A stretch of DNA of 41,543 nt from Deltaproteobacteria bacterium. GTDB lineage: Bacteria; Desulfobacterota; Deferrimicrobia; Deferrimicrobiales; Deferrimicrobiaceae. The first letter of the stretch is position 1. The number at the start of each line of letters is the position of its first letter. This document shows positions 17,826 to 26,693 of the stretch, in pieces. The translations under genes and the position numbers were made by a program. Under the pieces are notes generated by a model that was given only the letters and a program-made list of their open reading frames with translations, was not told where the DNA came from and made no database searches. The stretch spans positions 1-41,543 of the forward strand of contig JAQBCN010000060.1 of the NCBI GenBank assembly GCA_032125195.1, in the 5' to 3' direction.

Positions 17826-19216
17826 GCCGCCTTCCCGGAGACGACGCGAAGGGCGGGGACTCCGCGCCCGTCCTGCGGTACGACGGGCGGCGGCTGGCCC
17901 CCACCCGGCATCTTCCCGTACGGGAGGTCCCCGTTGCCCTCACGGTCAACGGCGTCCTCCTCGCGACGCTGATCGCCTCGCCCCACGACCTGCAGTTCCT
18001 GGTGGCCGGTTTCCTCCGGATGCAGGGACTGATCCGTTCCGCCGGCGACCTCCAGACCTTGAGCGTGTGCGAAGATTTCGGCGCGGCGTCCGTCCGGATC
18101 CGGGGAGACGTGCCGGATCGCATCACCCCGACCTTCACCTCCGGGTGCGGCGCCGGGATCAGTTTCCACGTTCCCGCATCCGGAGGGCGCCAGGTCCAGC
18201 ACCCCTCCGCCGGGCCGTCCGTCTCCCCGGAGTCTCTTTTTTCGGCGATGGACGCGCTTGCGGGGGCGTCCGAGGCGTACCGCGGGAGCGGGGGGATCCA
18301 CTCCGCCGGCGCATGGGACGGCGAGCGGCTCCTCCTGTTCGCCGAGGATATCGGGCGGCACAACACGATCGACCGGATCGCGGGGCAGGCGCTCCTGGGG
18401 GGGATCGACCTCTCGGGCCGGATCCTCGTCGCCTCGGGGCGCGTGTCCTCGGAGATGGCGGCGAAGGCGGGCTCCCTCGGGATCTCCGTGATCGCCTCCC
18501 GCACCTCCCCCACCGACCTCGCGGTCAGGATCTGCGGGGAACTGGGGATCACACTCGTCGGGTACGTGCGGGGCCGCAGGTTCAACGTCTACACCCATCC
18601 GACGCGGATCGCCGCCGCGGCCGCGGAGAGGATTCCCGGGGTCACGGGAGTGATCCTCGCGGGGGGACGCTCCGGCCGGATGGGGAGCGACAAGGCGCTC
18701 CTGCCGTACCAGGGCGGGCGGTTCATCGAGGCGATCCACCGGCGGATGGAGGAGCTGTTCGACGAGGTGATCGTCGCCACCGGGGAGACGGCCCGGTACG
18801 ATTTCCTGCCGTGCCGCCGGGTGACGGATCTCTACCCCGGGATGGGCGCGCTGGGGGGGATCCACGCGGCGTTGCGGGCGAGCGAATCGGAGAAGGTCTT
18901 CGTCGTGGCGTGCGACATGCCGCACTTCGCGCCGGACCTCATCCGGCACCTGTGCTCCCTGACGGAAGAGGCGGATGTCGTGGTTCCCGAGGGGGAGGGG
19001 GGGATCGAGCCGCTTCACGCGGTGTACCGGAAGGGCGTCCTCCCCGCCGTGGAAGACGCGCTGCGGAACGGGCAGTGCCGCGTGGTCTCCTTCTTCGACC
19101 GGGTGCGCGTCCGCCGCGTTCCCTTCGCGGAGGTGAAGCGGATCGATCCCGATCTGCGCGCCTTCCGGAACATCAACACCCCCGAGGAGTATTACCGCTT
19201 TCGCGACGGGGAGTAA
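17822..19216 (+). CDS. fdhD-mobA: Fusion of FdhD sulfurtransferase and MobA molybdenum-cofactor guanylyltransferase
   Basis: ATG 17822 overlaps the fdhE stop. N-half has TSGCG, SGGIHSA, EDIGRHNTIDR, SGRVSSEM and LVGYVRG. C-half has VILAGGRSGRMGSDKA, GALGGIH, VVACDMP, EPLHAVY and NINTPEEY. Confidence 0.9.
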   Translation: MSRLPGDDAKGGDSAPVLRYDGRRLAPTRHLPVREVPVALTVNGVLLATLIASPHDLQFLVAGFLRMQGLIRSAGDLQTLSVCEDFGAASVRIRGDVPDRITPTFTSGCGAGISFHVPASGGRQVQHPSAGPSVSPESLFSAMDALAGASEAYRGSGGIHSAGAWDGERLLLFAEDIGRHNTIDRIAGQALLGGIDLSGRILVASGRVSSEMAAKAGSLGISVIASRTSPTDLAVRICGELGITLVGYVRGRRFNVYTHPTRIAAAAAERIPGVTGVILAGGRSGRMGSDKALLPYQGGRFIEAIHRRMEELFDEVIVATGETARYDFLPCRRVTDLYPGMGALGGIHAALRASESEKVFVVACDMPHFAPDLIRHLCSLTEEADVVVPEGEGGIEPLHAVYRKGVLPAVEDALRNGQCRVVSFFDRVRVRRVPFAEVKRIDPDLRAFRNINTPEEYYRFRDGE

Positions 19217-19232
19217 CCGACAGGGGGGCACG

Positions 19233-19520
19233 ATGGAAGGACCTCAGAAGTCGATGGAGATCCAGGTGACGTTCCCGGAACACCTCAAGGGCGGCGTCTA
19301 CTCCAACAGCATGACCGTGACCCACACCCGCGAGGAGTTCGTGCTGGATTTCATGATGGTCGCACCGCCCGCCGGCTCCGTAACCGCGAGGATCATCCTC
19401 TCCCCCGGCCACATCAAACGGGTCGTCGCGGCGCTCTCGGAAAACCTCAGGAAGTACGAAGAGGCGCACGGGACGATCCTCGCCGCCCAGGAGCCGCAGG
19501 GGAAGATCGGCATCAACTAG
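19233..19520 (+). CDS. Small conserved hypothetical protein (DUF3467-like)
   Basis: 95 aa. The pattern GVYSN..VTHT.EEFVLDF...ARIILSP.H.KR...L..N...YE..HG.I resembles DUF3467 as recalled; not searched. Confidence 0.7.
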   Translation: MEGPQKSMEIQVTFPEHLKGGVYSNSMTVTHTREEFVLDFMMVAPPAGSVTARIILSPGHIKRVVAALSENLRKYEEAHGTILAAQEPQGKIGIN

Positions 19521-19566
19521 GGAGGCGAATGCCTCAATTCACGAATCCGATCGCATTCGAACGCCG

Positions 19567-20352
19567 TTATCGTCCCTCGAACCGGGGGGGGCGCTTCTCC
19601 AGGAACGCCCGGATCCCCTCGCGGAAATCGCGGCTCCCGGCGCACCGGGAGATGTTCTGCCGCTCCTCCTCGAGCTGCGCCTCCAGCGGTTGGGACAGCG
19701 CCCGGTTGTACAGCTCCTTCGCCCTGAGGTAGGCGAGGGTGGGACCGGAGGCGAGCCGGTCCGCCAGCGCTTCCACCCCGCCTGCGAACTCCGCGTCCGC
19801 GAAGATCTCCTGCACCAGCCCCCAGGCGGCGGCTTTCTCGGCGGAGAGGACCCTCGAGAAGAGCGTCATCTCCATCGCCCGCTGGGTCCCCAGCGCGCGG
19901 GTGAGGAAAAAGGTCATCCCCCCGTCGGGGGAGAGCCCGAGGTTCTGGTACCCGAGGGTGAAACGCGCGGATGCGGTCGCCACCGCCACGTCGCAGGCGA
20001 GCGCCATCGAGAACCCGGCGCCGGCGGCTACGCCGTTGATCGCCGCGACGACCGGCTTCGGGGCCCGCCGCAGCGTCGCGATCAGGGCGTGCAGGCCGAT
20101 GGCCATCCCCAGGAACTTCCCCGGCCCCTCGTCCTGGAACGCCGCGAACGACTCCACGTCCCCCCCCGCGGAGAACGCCTTCCCGGTTCCGGTGAGGACA
20201 ACACACCGGACCGACGGGTCCGCCGAGACGTCCGAAACCGCCGACAGGAGCGCCTCCCCCATCTCCTGGTTGTAGGCGTTCAACCGCTCCGGGCGGTTCA
20301 TCCGGACGGTCGCGACCCCCCCGTTCCGCACCACCTGGACGACTTCGCTCAT
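19567..20352 (-). CDS. Enoyl-CoA hydratase/isomerase (crotonase; PaaG-like)
   Basis: Motifs MNRPERLNA, LTGTGKAFSAGGD, PKPVVAAINGVAAGAG, GLSPDGG and DFREGIRAFLEKR. Confidence 0.9.
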   Translation of the reverse strand: MSEVVQVVRNGGVATVRMNRPERLNAYNQEMGEALLSAVSDVSADPSVRCVVLTGTGKAFSAGGDVESFAAFQDEGPGKFLGMAIGLHALIATLRRAPKPVVAAINGVAAGAGFSMALACDVAVATASARFTLGYQNLGLSPDGGMTFFLTRALGTQRAMEMTLFSRVLSAEKAAAWGLVQEIFADAEFAGGVEALADRLASGPTLAYLRAKELYNRALSQPLEAQLEEERQNISRCAGSRDFREGIRAFLEKRPPRFEGR

Positions 20353-20519
20353 GTGCGCCCCCTCCCTACCTGCGTCGGTCGACAGATATCGCCGGCGGTT
20401 CGTTCCTTTCGCGGCACCGTACCAATATAATGGATAATCAGACGCGGCTTACCATTTCGTCGCCGCATTGATATTCTTCCACTGATTCCCGGCCCGCGGA
20501 CGCGGACGAGAGGAGAGTC

Positions 20520-21920
20520 ATGCCGACGCTGTTTGAAAAGATCCGGGACCGCCACGTCGTAACGCGGCGGGGGGACGACGTCCTCCTCTACATCGATCGC
20601 CAGTTGATCCACGAGGTGACGAGCCCCCAGGCGTTCGAGGGGCTGCGGCTGGCGGGTCGCAACGTGCGCCGGCCCGGCGCGATGCTGGCCGTGCCCGACC
20701 ACAACGTTCCGACGACGCCCGAACGGGCGGAGCGGATCGACGACCGCGAGAGCCGGGAGCAGATCGAGGAGTTGAGGAAAAACACCCTCGGGGCGGGAAT
20801 CGACCTGTTCGACATCACCGATCCGAGGCAGGGGATCGTGCACATCATCGGGCCCGAGGCGGGGCTCGTCCTGCCGGGGATCACGATCGTCTGCGGCGAC
20901 TCCCACACCGGGACGCTGGGGGCCTTCGGGACGATCGCGTTCGGCATCGGCACATCGGAGGTCGAACACGTCCTCGCCACGCAGACCTTGTGGCAGGCGA
21001 TGCCACGGCGGATGCGCGTCACGGTGGACGGCGCGCTTCGCTCCCTGGTCACGCCGAAGGACGTCATCCTCGCGGTGATCGCGAAGATCGGCGCCTCCGG
21101 GGGAACCGGGTACGCGATCGAGTTCGCCGGGGAGACGATCCGGAAGATGTCGATGGAGGGGCGGATGACGGTGTGCAACATGACGATCGAGGCGGGGGCC
21201 CGCTTCGGCCTGATCGCGCCCGACGAGACCACCTTCTCGTACCTGAAGGGGAGGCCGCTGGCGCCGCCCCCGTCCCTGTGGGACGCCGCGGTGGCGGACT
21301 GGAAGACGCTCCCGTCCGACCCCGACGCGGCGTGGGACCGGGAGGTGGTGCTCGACGCGTCGAATCTCGAGCCGCACGTCACCTGGGGGACGAGCCCGCA
21401 GGACGCCCTCCCCGTCGGCGGATTCGTTCCGGACCCGGAGGAGCAGCCGGACCCCTCGGAGCGGGCACGGATGCGGCGGGCGCTCGAGTACATGGCTCTT
21501 GTCCCGGGAACGCGGATGACCGACATCCCCGTGGACAAGGTCTTCATCGGCTCCTGCACGAATTCGCGGATCGAGGACCTGCGCGCGGCCGCCGCGGTGG
21601 CGAAGGGGCGAAAGGTCCACTCGAACGTGACGGCGCTCGTGGTTCCGGGGTCGGGGCTGGTGAAGAAGCAGGCGGAGGAGGAGGGGCTCGACCGGGTGTT
21701 CGTCGAGGCCGGGTTCCAGTGGCGGCTCCCGGGATGCTCCATGTGCCTCGGGATGAACCCGGACAAGCTCAAGCCCGGCGAGCGGTGCGCCTCGACGTCG
21801 AACCGGAATTTCGAGGGGCGGCAGGGACCGGGGGGGCGGACGCACCTGATGAGCCCCGCGATGGCCGCCGCCGCGGCGGTTTCCGGCTGCATCGCCGACG
21901 TGCGGGGGGTGGCGCGATGA
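20520..21920 (+). CDS. leuC: 3-isopropylmalate dehydratase large subunit
   Basis: Motifs [55 protein letters not shown] and [19 protein letters not shown] lies upstream at 20426-20431. Confidence 0.95.
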   Translation: MPTLFEKIRDRHVVTRRGDDVLLYIDRQLIHEVTSPQAFEGLRLAGRNVRRPGAMLAVPDHNVPTTPERAERIDDRESREQIEELRKNTLGAGIDLFDITDPRQGIVHIIGPEAGLVLPGITIVCGDSHTGTLGAFGTIAFGIGTSEVEHVLATQTLWQAMPRRMRVTVDGALRSLVTPKDVILAVIAKIGASGGTGYAIEFAGETIRKMSMEGRMTVCNMTIEAGARFGLIAPDETTFSYLKGRPLAPPPSLWDAAVADWKTLPSDPDAAWDREVVLDASNLEPHVTWGTSPQDALPVGGFVPDPEEQPDPSERARMRRALEYMALVPGTRMTDIPVDKVFIGSCTNSRIEDLRAAAAVAKGRKVHSNVTALVVPGSGLVKKQAEEEGLDRVFVEAGFQWRLPGCSMCLGMNPDKLKPGERCASTSNRNFEGRQGPGGRTHLMSPAMAAAAAVSGCIADVRGVAR

Positions 21921-22543
21921 TCGAAAAGTTCAAGTCGTTGAATACCGTGGGCGTCCCCCTGGACCGGGGGAACGTCGACACCGACGCCATCATCCCGGCG
22001 CGGTACCTGAAGACGCTGAAGCGGACGGGGCTGGGCGTCGGGCTCTTTTTCGCGTGGCGGTACGACATGGACGGGAAGGAGCAACCCGATTTTCCGCTGA
22101 ACCGGCCTTCGTTCCGCGGCGGCAAGGTGCTGGTGGCTGGCGAGAACTTCGGCTGCGGATCCTCGCGTGAGCACGCCGTTTGGGCGTTGATGGACTTCGG
22201 TTTCCGCGCGGTGATCGCCCCGTCGTTCAGCGACATCTTCCACAACAACTGCCTGAAGAACGGGATGCTGCCGGTGACGCTCCCGGCCGCGGCGGTACGC
22301 TCGCTGATCGACGCCCTGCTCGCCGCGCCGGGCGGCAAGGTAAAGGTGGATCTGGCGGGGCAGACGGTTACGGGCCCGAACGGCGACGTTCACGCATTCG
22401 GGGTCGCCTCCTTCGCGAAGACGAGCCTCCTCGAGGGGCTGGACGAGATCGCCCTGACGCTGAAGAGTTCGACGGAGATCGATCGGTACGAGCGGGAGAG
22501 GAAGAAGGCGACGCCGTGGCTGTTCCTGGATCTCGCCGGATGA
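21917..22543 (+). CDS. leuD: 3-isopropylmalate dehydratase small subunit
   Basis: ATG 21917 overlaps the leuC stop. Motifs [30 protein letters not shown] and GLDEI. Confidence 0.95.
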   Translation: MIEKFKSLNTVGVPLDRGNVDTDAIIPARYLKTLKRTGLGVGLFFAWRYDMDGKEQPDFPLNRPSFRGGKVLVAGENFGCGSSREHAVWALMDFGFRAVIAPSFSDIFHNNCLKNGMLPVTLPAAAVRSLIDALLAAPGGKVKVDLAGQTVTGPNGDVHAFGVASFAKTSLLEGLDEIALTLKSSTEIDRYERERKKATPWLFLDLAG

Positions 22544-23469
22544 GCACGACAGGGAAGGAAGGGCCCGGGAAGTTCGCGGTCGCTCTCGTCCAGATGTCGA
22601 TGGGGGCGGACCCGCGGGAGAACCTCGAACGGGGGGTGGGGCACGTCCTCGGAGCGGCGCGCGGGGGGGCGCAGGTGGTGTGCCTCCCCGAACTTTTCCG
22701 CACCCCGTACTTCTGCCAGACCGAGGAGACGGCCTTCTTCGACCTCGCGGAGCCGCTTCCCGGGCCGACCACCGACGCCCTCTCCGCCGCGGCGCGGAGT
22801 GCGGCCGTCGTCGTGATCGCGCCGGTCTTCGAGCGCCGGGCGCCCGGGGTGTACCACAACAGCGCGGCGGTGATCGACGCCGACGGGACGATCGCCGGGA
22901 TCTACCGGAAGATGCACATCCCGGACGACCCGGCGTTCTACGAGAAGTTCTACTTCACCCCGGGGGACCTCGGCTTTCCCGCGTTCGACACCCGCGCGGG
23001 ACGGATCGGCACGCTCATCTGCTGGGACCAGTGGTACCCGGAAGCGGCGCGCCTGACGGCCCTCGCCGGCGCGGGCGTCCTCTTCTACCCGACGGCGATC
23101 GGGTGGCACCCCCGCGAAAAGCGGGAGCATGGAGAGCGGCAGCATGACGCCTGGCGCACCGTCCAGCGGGGACACGCCATCGCGAACGGCGTCTACGTCG
23201 CTGCCGTCAACCGCGTCGGGCGTGAAATCCCTCCCGGGGGAGGGGACGGGATCGAATTCTGGGGCTCCTCGTTCCTGTGCGGCCCGCAGGGCGAGATCCT
23301 CGCCGAGGCGACCGCGGACCGGGAGGAGATCCTCTTCGCCGAGGTCGACCTCGCCCGCGTCGAGGAGGTGCGCCGGAACTGGCCGTTCCTGCGGGACCGG
23401 CGGATCGACGCCTACGGCGGGATCACGAGCCGCGTCCTCGACGGAGAGCCGTGGGGAAAGGGGCGGTGA
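22540..23469 (+). CDS. aguB: Carbon-nitrogen hydrolase, N-carbamoylputrescine amidase-like
   Basis: ATG 22540 overlaps the leuD stop. Nitrilase triad motifs LPELF, YRKMHIPDDP.FYEKFYF and ICWDQWYPE. Adjacent to an agmatine deiminase. Confidence 0.85.
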   Translation: MSTTGKEGPGKFAVALVQMSMGADPRENLERGVGHVLGAARGGAQVVCLPELFRTPYFCQTEETAFFDLAEPLPGPTTDALSAAARSAAVVVIAPVFERRAPGVYHNSAAVIDADGTIAGIYRKMHIPDDPAFYEKFYFTPGDLGFPAFDTRAGRIGTLICWDQWYPEAARLTALAGAGVLFYPTAIGWHPREKREHGERQHDAWRTVQRGHAIANGVYVAAVNRVGREIPPGGGDGIEFWGSSFLCGPQGEILAEATADREEILFAEVDLARVEEVRRNWPFLRDRRIDAYGGITSRVLDGEPWGKGR

Positions 23470-24515
23470 CCTCGGCCCGGATGCCCGCGGAGTGGGAGCC
23501 GCACGAGGCGACCTGGATCGGATGGCCGCACAACGCTTCCGACTGGCCCGGGAAGTTCGCCTCCATCCCGTGGGTCTACGGGGAGATCGTCCGGAAGATC
23601 GCCGCCGGCGAGGCCGTCCGGATCCTCGTGCAATCGAAGGCGCACGAGGCGAAGGCGGGCCGTCTTCTCTCCCGCGTCGGGGTCGATTCCGCCCGCGTCG
23701 CCTTCTTCCGCTTTCCGACCGATCGCGGCTGGACGCGCGACTTCGGCCCGATCTTCGTCTGCAGGGAGCGTCCGAAGCGCGGAGTGGCGGTCGCGGGGTT
23801 CGGGTTCAACGCGTGGGCCCGATACCCGAACTGGCGAAAGGACGCGGCCGTCGCCGCGCGGGCCGCGCAGGCGCTCGGCGTCCCGCTCCTTCCGGTCCGG
23901 CTCCGGGGGAAACGCGTCGTACTGGAGGGGGGCGCGATCGAGGTCAACGGCCGGGGAACGCTGATCGCTACGGAGGAGTGCCTTCTCGACGCGGAGGTCC
24001 AGGTCCGCAACCCCGGGATGGCGCGCAAGGAGTTCGAGGGGATCTTTCGCTCGTTCCTCGGCGTCACGAACGTGATCTGGCTGGGGAAGGGGATCGTCGG
24101 GGACGACACGCACGGCCATGTGGACGATCTGTGCCGCTTCACGGGCCCCCGCACGGTGGTGCTGTGCCGGGAGAAGGATCCGCGGGACGAAAATCATCGC
24201 GTGCTGGAAGAAAACCGGGAGCGGCTCGCGTCCGCACGGCTCGAAGACGGTTCCCGGCCCGAGGTGGTTCCGCTTCCGATGCCCGCGCCGCTGCGCCTCG
24301 ACGGGATCCGCCTGCCGGCGAGCTACGCCAATTTCTACATATGCAACGCGGCGGTTCTCGTTCCCACCTTCAACGACCCGAACGACCGGGTCGCGCTCGG
24401 GATCCTCTCCGAACTGTTCCGGGACCGGCCGGTGGTCGGAATCCACGCCGTGGATCTCGTGTGGGGGTTCGGCACGCTCCACTGCCTGACGCAGCAGCAA
24501 CCGGTGTCCGGTTGA
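23466..24515 (+). CDS. aguA: Agmatine deiminase (peptidyl-arginine deiminase family)
   Basis: GTG 23466 overlaps the aguB stop. Motifs MPAEWEPH, WTRDFGP, FNAW, LEGGAIE, DDTHGHVDD, ASYANF and GTLHCLTQQQP. Confidence 0.9.
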   Translation: MTSARMPAEWEPHEATWIGWPHNASDWPGKFASIPWVYGEIVRKIAAGEAVRILVQSKAHEAKAGRLLSRVGVDSARVAFFRFPTDRGWTRDFGPIFVCRERPKRGVAVAGFGFNAWARYPNWRKDAAVAARAAQALGVPLLPVRLRGKRVVLEGGAIEVNGRGTLIATEECLLDAEVQVRNPGMARKEFEGIFRSFLGVTNVIWLGKGIVGDDTHGHVDDLCRFTGPRTVVLCREKDPRDENHRVLEENRERLASARLEDGSRPEVVPLPMPAPLRLDGIRLPASYANFYICNAAVLVPTFNDPNDRVALGILSELFRDRPVVGIHAVDLVWGFGTLHCLTQQQPVSG

Positions 24516-24526
24516 GGAGAGGGAGG

Positions 24527-24844
24527 ATGCCGGCGAGAATCATCGGGTCCATCCTCGTCGCGGTCTTCGCCCTGTCGCTGCTTCCCGGGCCGGCCGCCGC
24601 GGAGGAACGGACGGTCGCGGGAACGATCGTCCGCCTCGATCCCGCAAAAGGCGTGCTCGTCGTGCGGGACGCGGCGGGAGCGTCCTGGAGCTACAAGGTC
24701 GAGGCCGACGCCGGGATCGACCTGTCGGCCTTCCGGCCGGGCGACCGCGTCAAGGTGTCGATAGGCCGCGCGACTCCGCTCAACATGATCACGGCGGCGG
24801 ATCCGCTGCGCAAGGGGGACCGGGTCGAGAAGGCCCCGTACTGA
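24527..24844 (+). CDS. Small exported beta-rich (OB-fold-like) hypothetical protein
   Basis: SD GGAGG before ATG 24527. 105 aa with a signal peptide ending AAA, then GTIVRLD...LVV...PGDRVKV, a CusF/OB-fold-like strand pattern. Confidence 0.65.
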   Translation: MPARIIGSILVAVFALSLLPGPAAAEERTVAGTIVRLDPAKGVLVVRDAAGASWSYKVEADAGIDLSAFRPGDRVKVSIGRATPLNMITAADPLRKGDRVEKAPY

Positions 24845-24880
24845 CCGGTCCGGCGGCGAAACCCGAAAGGAGGCGGTGGC

Positions 24881-25009
24881 GTGAGCAAATGGGTCATCCT
24901 GTGCCCCGATTGCGGGGAGGAGTTCAAGATCGACGTGGAGGAGACACCGGAGCGTTGCCCTCATTGCAAGTTCGAGGGGAACTTCGAGGTCGTGGACATG
25001 GACGAATGA
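24881..25009 (+). CDS. 42-aa zinc-ribbon/rubredoxin-like microprotein (absent from ORF track)
   Basis: Strong SD AAAGGAGG (24866-24873) and GTG start. Sequence MSKWVILCPDCGEEFKIDVEETPERCPHCKFEGNFEVVDMDE* with two CPxC motifs. Fills the gap between two same-strand genes. Confidence 0.8.
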   Translation: MSKWVILCPDCGEEFKIDVEETPERCPHCKFEGNFEVVDMDE

Positions 25010-25027
25010 TGTGCGCCGGCGGGTGAC

Positions 25028-26653
25028 ATGGCCGGCCCGGACCTCCTGCTGATTCACCCGCCCGCCGCCCGGCCCGCGGAACCGCCCCTGGGGACGGCGG
25101 TGCTCCTGTCCCACCTGCGCCGGGGAGGCGCGACGGCGGAGGCGATCGACGCCAACCTGGAGGCGCACCTTTACCTGCTCGACGGGGATCGGCTGGCCGC
25201 CGCCGCCGGCCCCGCACCCGCGATCGCTCTCCACCGGGCCATGAAGGGCGTCCCCGAGGCGCTCTCCTTCCTCCGTTCCCCCGATGCCGCGAGATCGTTC
25301 CCACGGTACGTGACCGCCGCGCGACGACTGAACGCGGCGTTGTCCGCGCATCGCGGCGCGGGCGGGCGGGAACGTTGGACGCTCGGCGACTACGTCCACG
25401 GCGATCTCTCGGAGTTTTCGCCCCGGGACCTCTCTCTCGCGGCGTCCGGGAAAGCGGGAACGGTCTTCTCCGGCTACTTCCGCGACGCCCTCCTCCCCCG
25501 CGTCGTCCGGATGCGTCCGCGCGGCGTCGCGATCTCCGTGAACTACCGGCACCAGATCCTCCCCGCCTTCGAGCTTGCGGGGTTGCTCCGACGTCGCCTT
25601 CCCGGTATCCCTGTCTTCGGCGGCGGGGGGATGTTCACCTCCTGGCGGCCTTCCCTCCGCGGCATGGACTGTTCGTTCCTCCCCTTCGCCCGGGTCGGGT
25701 TCGGCCCGGGGGAGCATTCCCTCGCGGCGTTGACCGGAAGCGCGCCAACGGGCGGCGGCATCTTTTTCGAGGACGGGGAAGCGGTGGAGTTCCTCCCCGA
25801 TTTCGGCTTCGCGCCGCTCCGGGAGTATCTGTCCCCGGAGCCGGTCCTCCCGGTCACCTCGACGCGGGGATGCTACTGGAGGAGATGCCGGTTCTGCCCC
25901 GAGGCGGTCGCCCCCATCCATCCGTACCGGGCGACGGACCCGGGGACGTTCCCCGCGCTTCTGCGGGAGCTGTCCGACCGGTACGGCGTCCGGCGGTTTC
26001 ACCTGACGGACAACGCGATCCCGGTTCCCGTTCTCCGCTCGATGGCGGCCGCGGGGAGCGCGCTGCGCGGCTTTTCGTGGCACGGGTTCGCCCGCTTCGA
26101 GCGGGAACTGCTCGAACCGGATCTGGCCTCCTCGCTCGCCGCCGCGGGGTGCTCGATGCTTCAACTGGGGCTGGAGAGCGGCTCGCAGCCGCTTCTGGAT
26201 CGAATGGGAAAGGGGACGCGCGTCGCCGACGCTTCGGCGATCCTGTCGAACCTCTCCCGCGAGGGGATCGTCGCCTACGTGTACGTGATGCTCGGCGCTC
26301 CGGGAGAGACGAAGAACGACGCGGAGCGGACGTTGTCGTTCCTCTCGGAGCACGCCGGGGAGATCGGCTTTCTGAACCTGTCGATCCTCAACATGCCGCG
26401 CGATGCATGCTGGACGGGAATCGCCGAAGAGGGCGTACCGCGGGAGGGCGGGTTCAACGACGAAGAGGAACCGCTCGGCTTGTACCGGCCGGTTCCCGAG
26501 GGGGACGGCTGGGGGAGGGCCCAGGCCCGGCGGTTTCTGCAGAAGCGGATCCTGGGCGACCCGGCGATCCGGGCCATCGCGGCCCGGACCCCGCCCTGGT
26601 TCGGCGACAGCCACGCCTTCTTCTTCCGCCCGGGGGGACATTCCTGGTTCTGA
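25028..26653 (+). CDS. Radical SAM protein with N-terminal cobalamin-binding-like domain
   Basis: N-terminus DLLLIHPP...PPLG typical of B12-binding radical SAM proteins. Also TRGCYWRRCRFC (CxxxCxxC), LTDNAI, LGLESGSQPLLDRMGKG and MLGAPGET. Confidence 0.85.
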   Translation: MAGPDLLLIHPPAARPAEPPLGTAVLLSHLRRGGATAEAIDANLEAHLYLLDGDRLAAAAGPAPAIALHRAMKGVPEALSFLRSPDAARSFPRYVTAARRLNAALSAHRGAGGRERWTLGDYVHGDLSEFSPRDLSLAASGKAGTVFSGYFRDALLPRVVRMRPRGVAISVNYRHQILPAFELAGLLRRRLPGIPVFGGGGMFTSWRPSLRGMDCSFLPFARVGFGPGEHSLAALTGSAPTGGGIFFEDGEAVEFLPDFGFAPLREYLSPEPVLPVTSTRGCYWRRCRFCPEAVAPIHPYRATDPGTFPALLRELSDRYGVRRFHLTDNAIPVPVLRSMAAAGSALRGFSWHGFARFERELLEPDLASSLAAAGCSMLQLGLESGSQPLLDRMGKGTRVADASAILSNLSREGIVAYVYVMLGAPGETKNDAERTLSFLSEHAGEIGFLNLSILNMPRDACWTGIAEEGVPREGGFNDEEEPLGLYRPVPEGDGWGRAQARRFLQKRILGDPAIRAIAARTPPWFGDSHAFFFRPGGHSWF

Positions 26654-26693
26654 CACGGGAGAAAGGGAAGGAGTGTCCTCCCCCTGCGGAGTC

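Noticed and set aside
20430-20471. 13-codon ORF (MDNQTRLTISSPH) upstream of leuC as a leucine attenuator leader
   Set aside because: It has only one Leu codon, its ATG overlaps the putative -10 box, and no terminator hairpin with a U-tract follows.
24881-25009. Calling the microprotein LysW (with leuCD as homoaconitase)
   Set aside because: It lacks the C-terminal EDWGE carrier motif, no lysX/lysZ/lysY genes are nearby, and LeuC looks like a standard bacterial isopropylmalate isomerase.
26654-26693. Intrinsic terminators between convergent genes (also 74-136 and 19521-19566)
   Set aside because: Only short, imperfect GC hairpins without clear U-tracts; not supportable without folding calculations.
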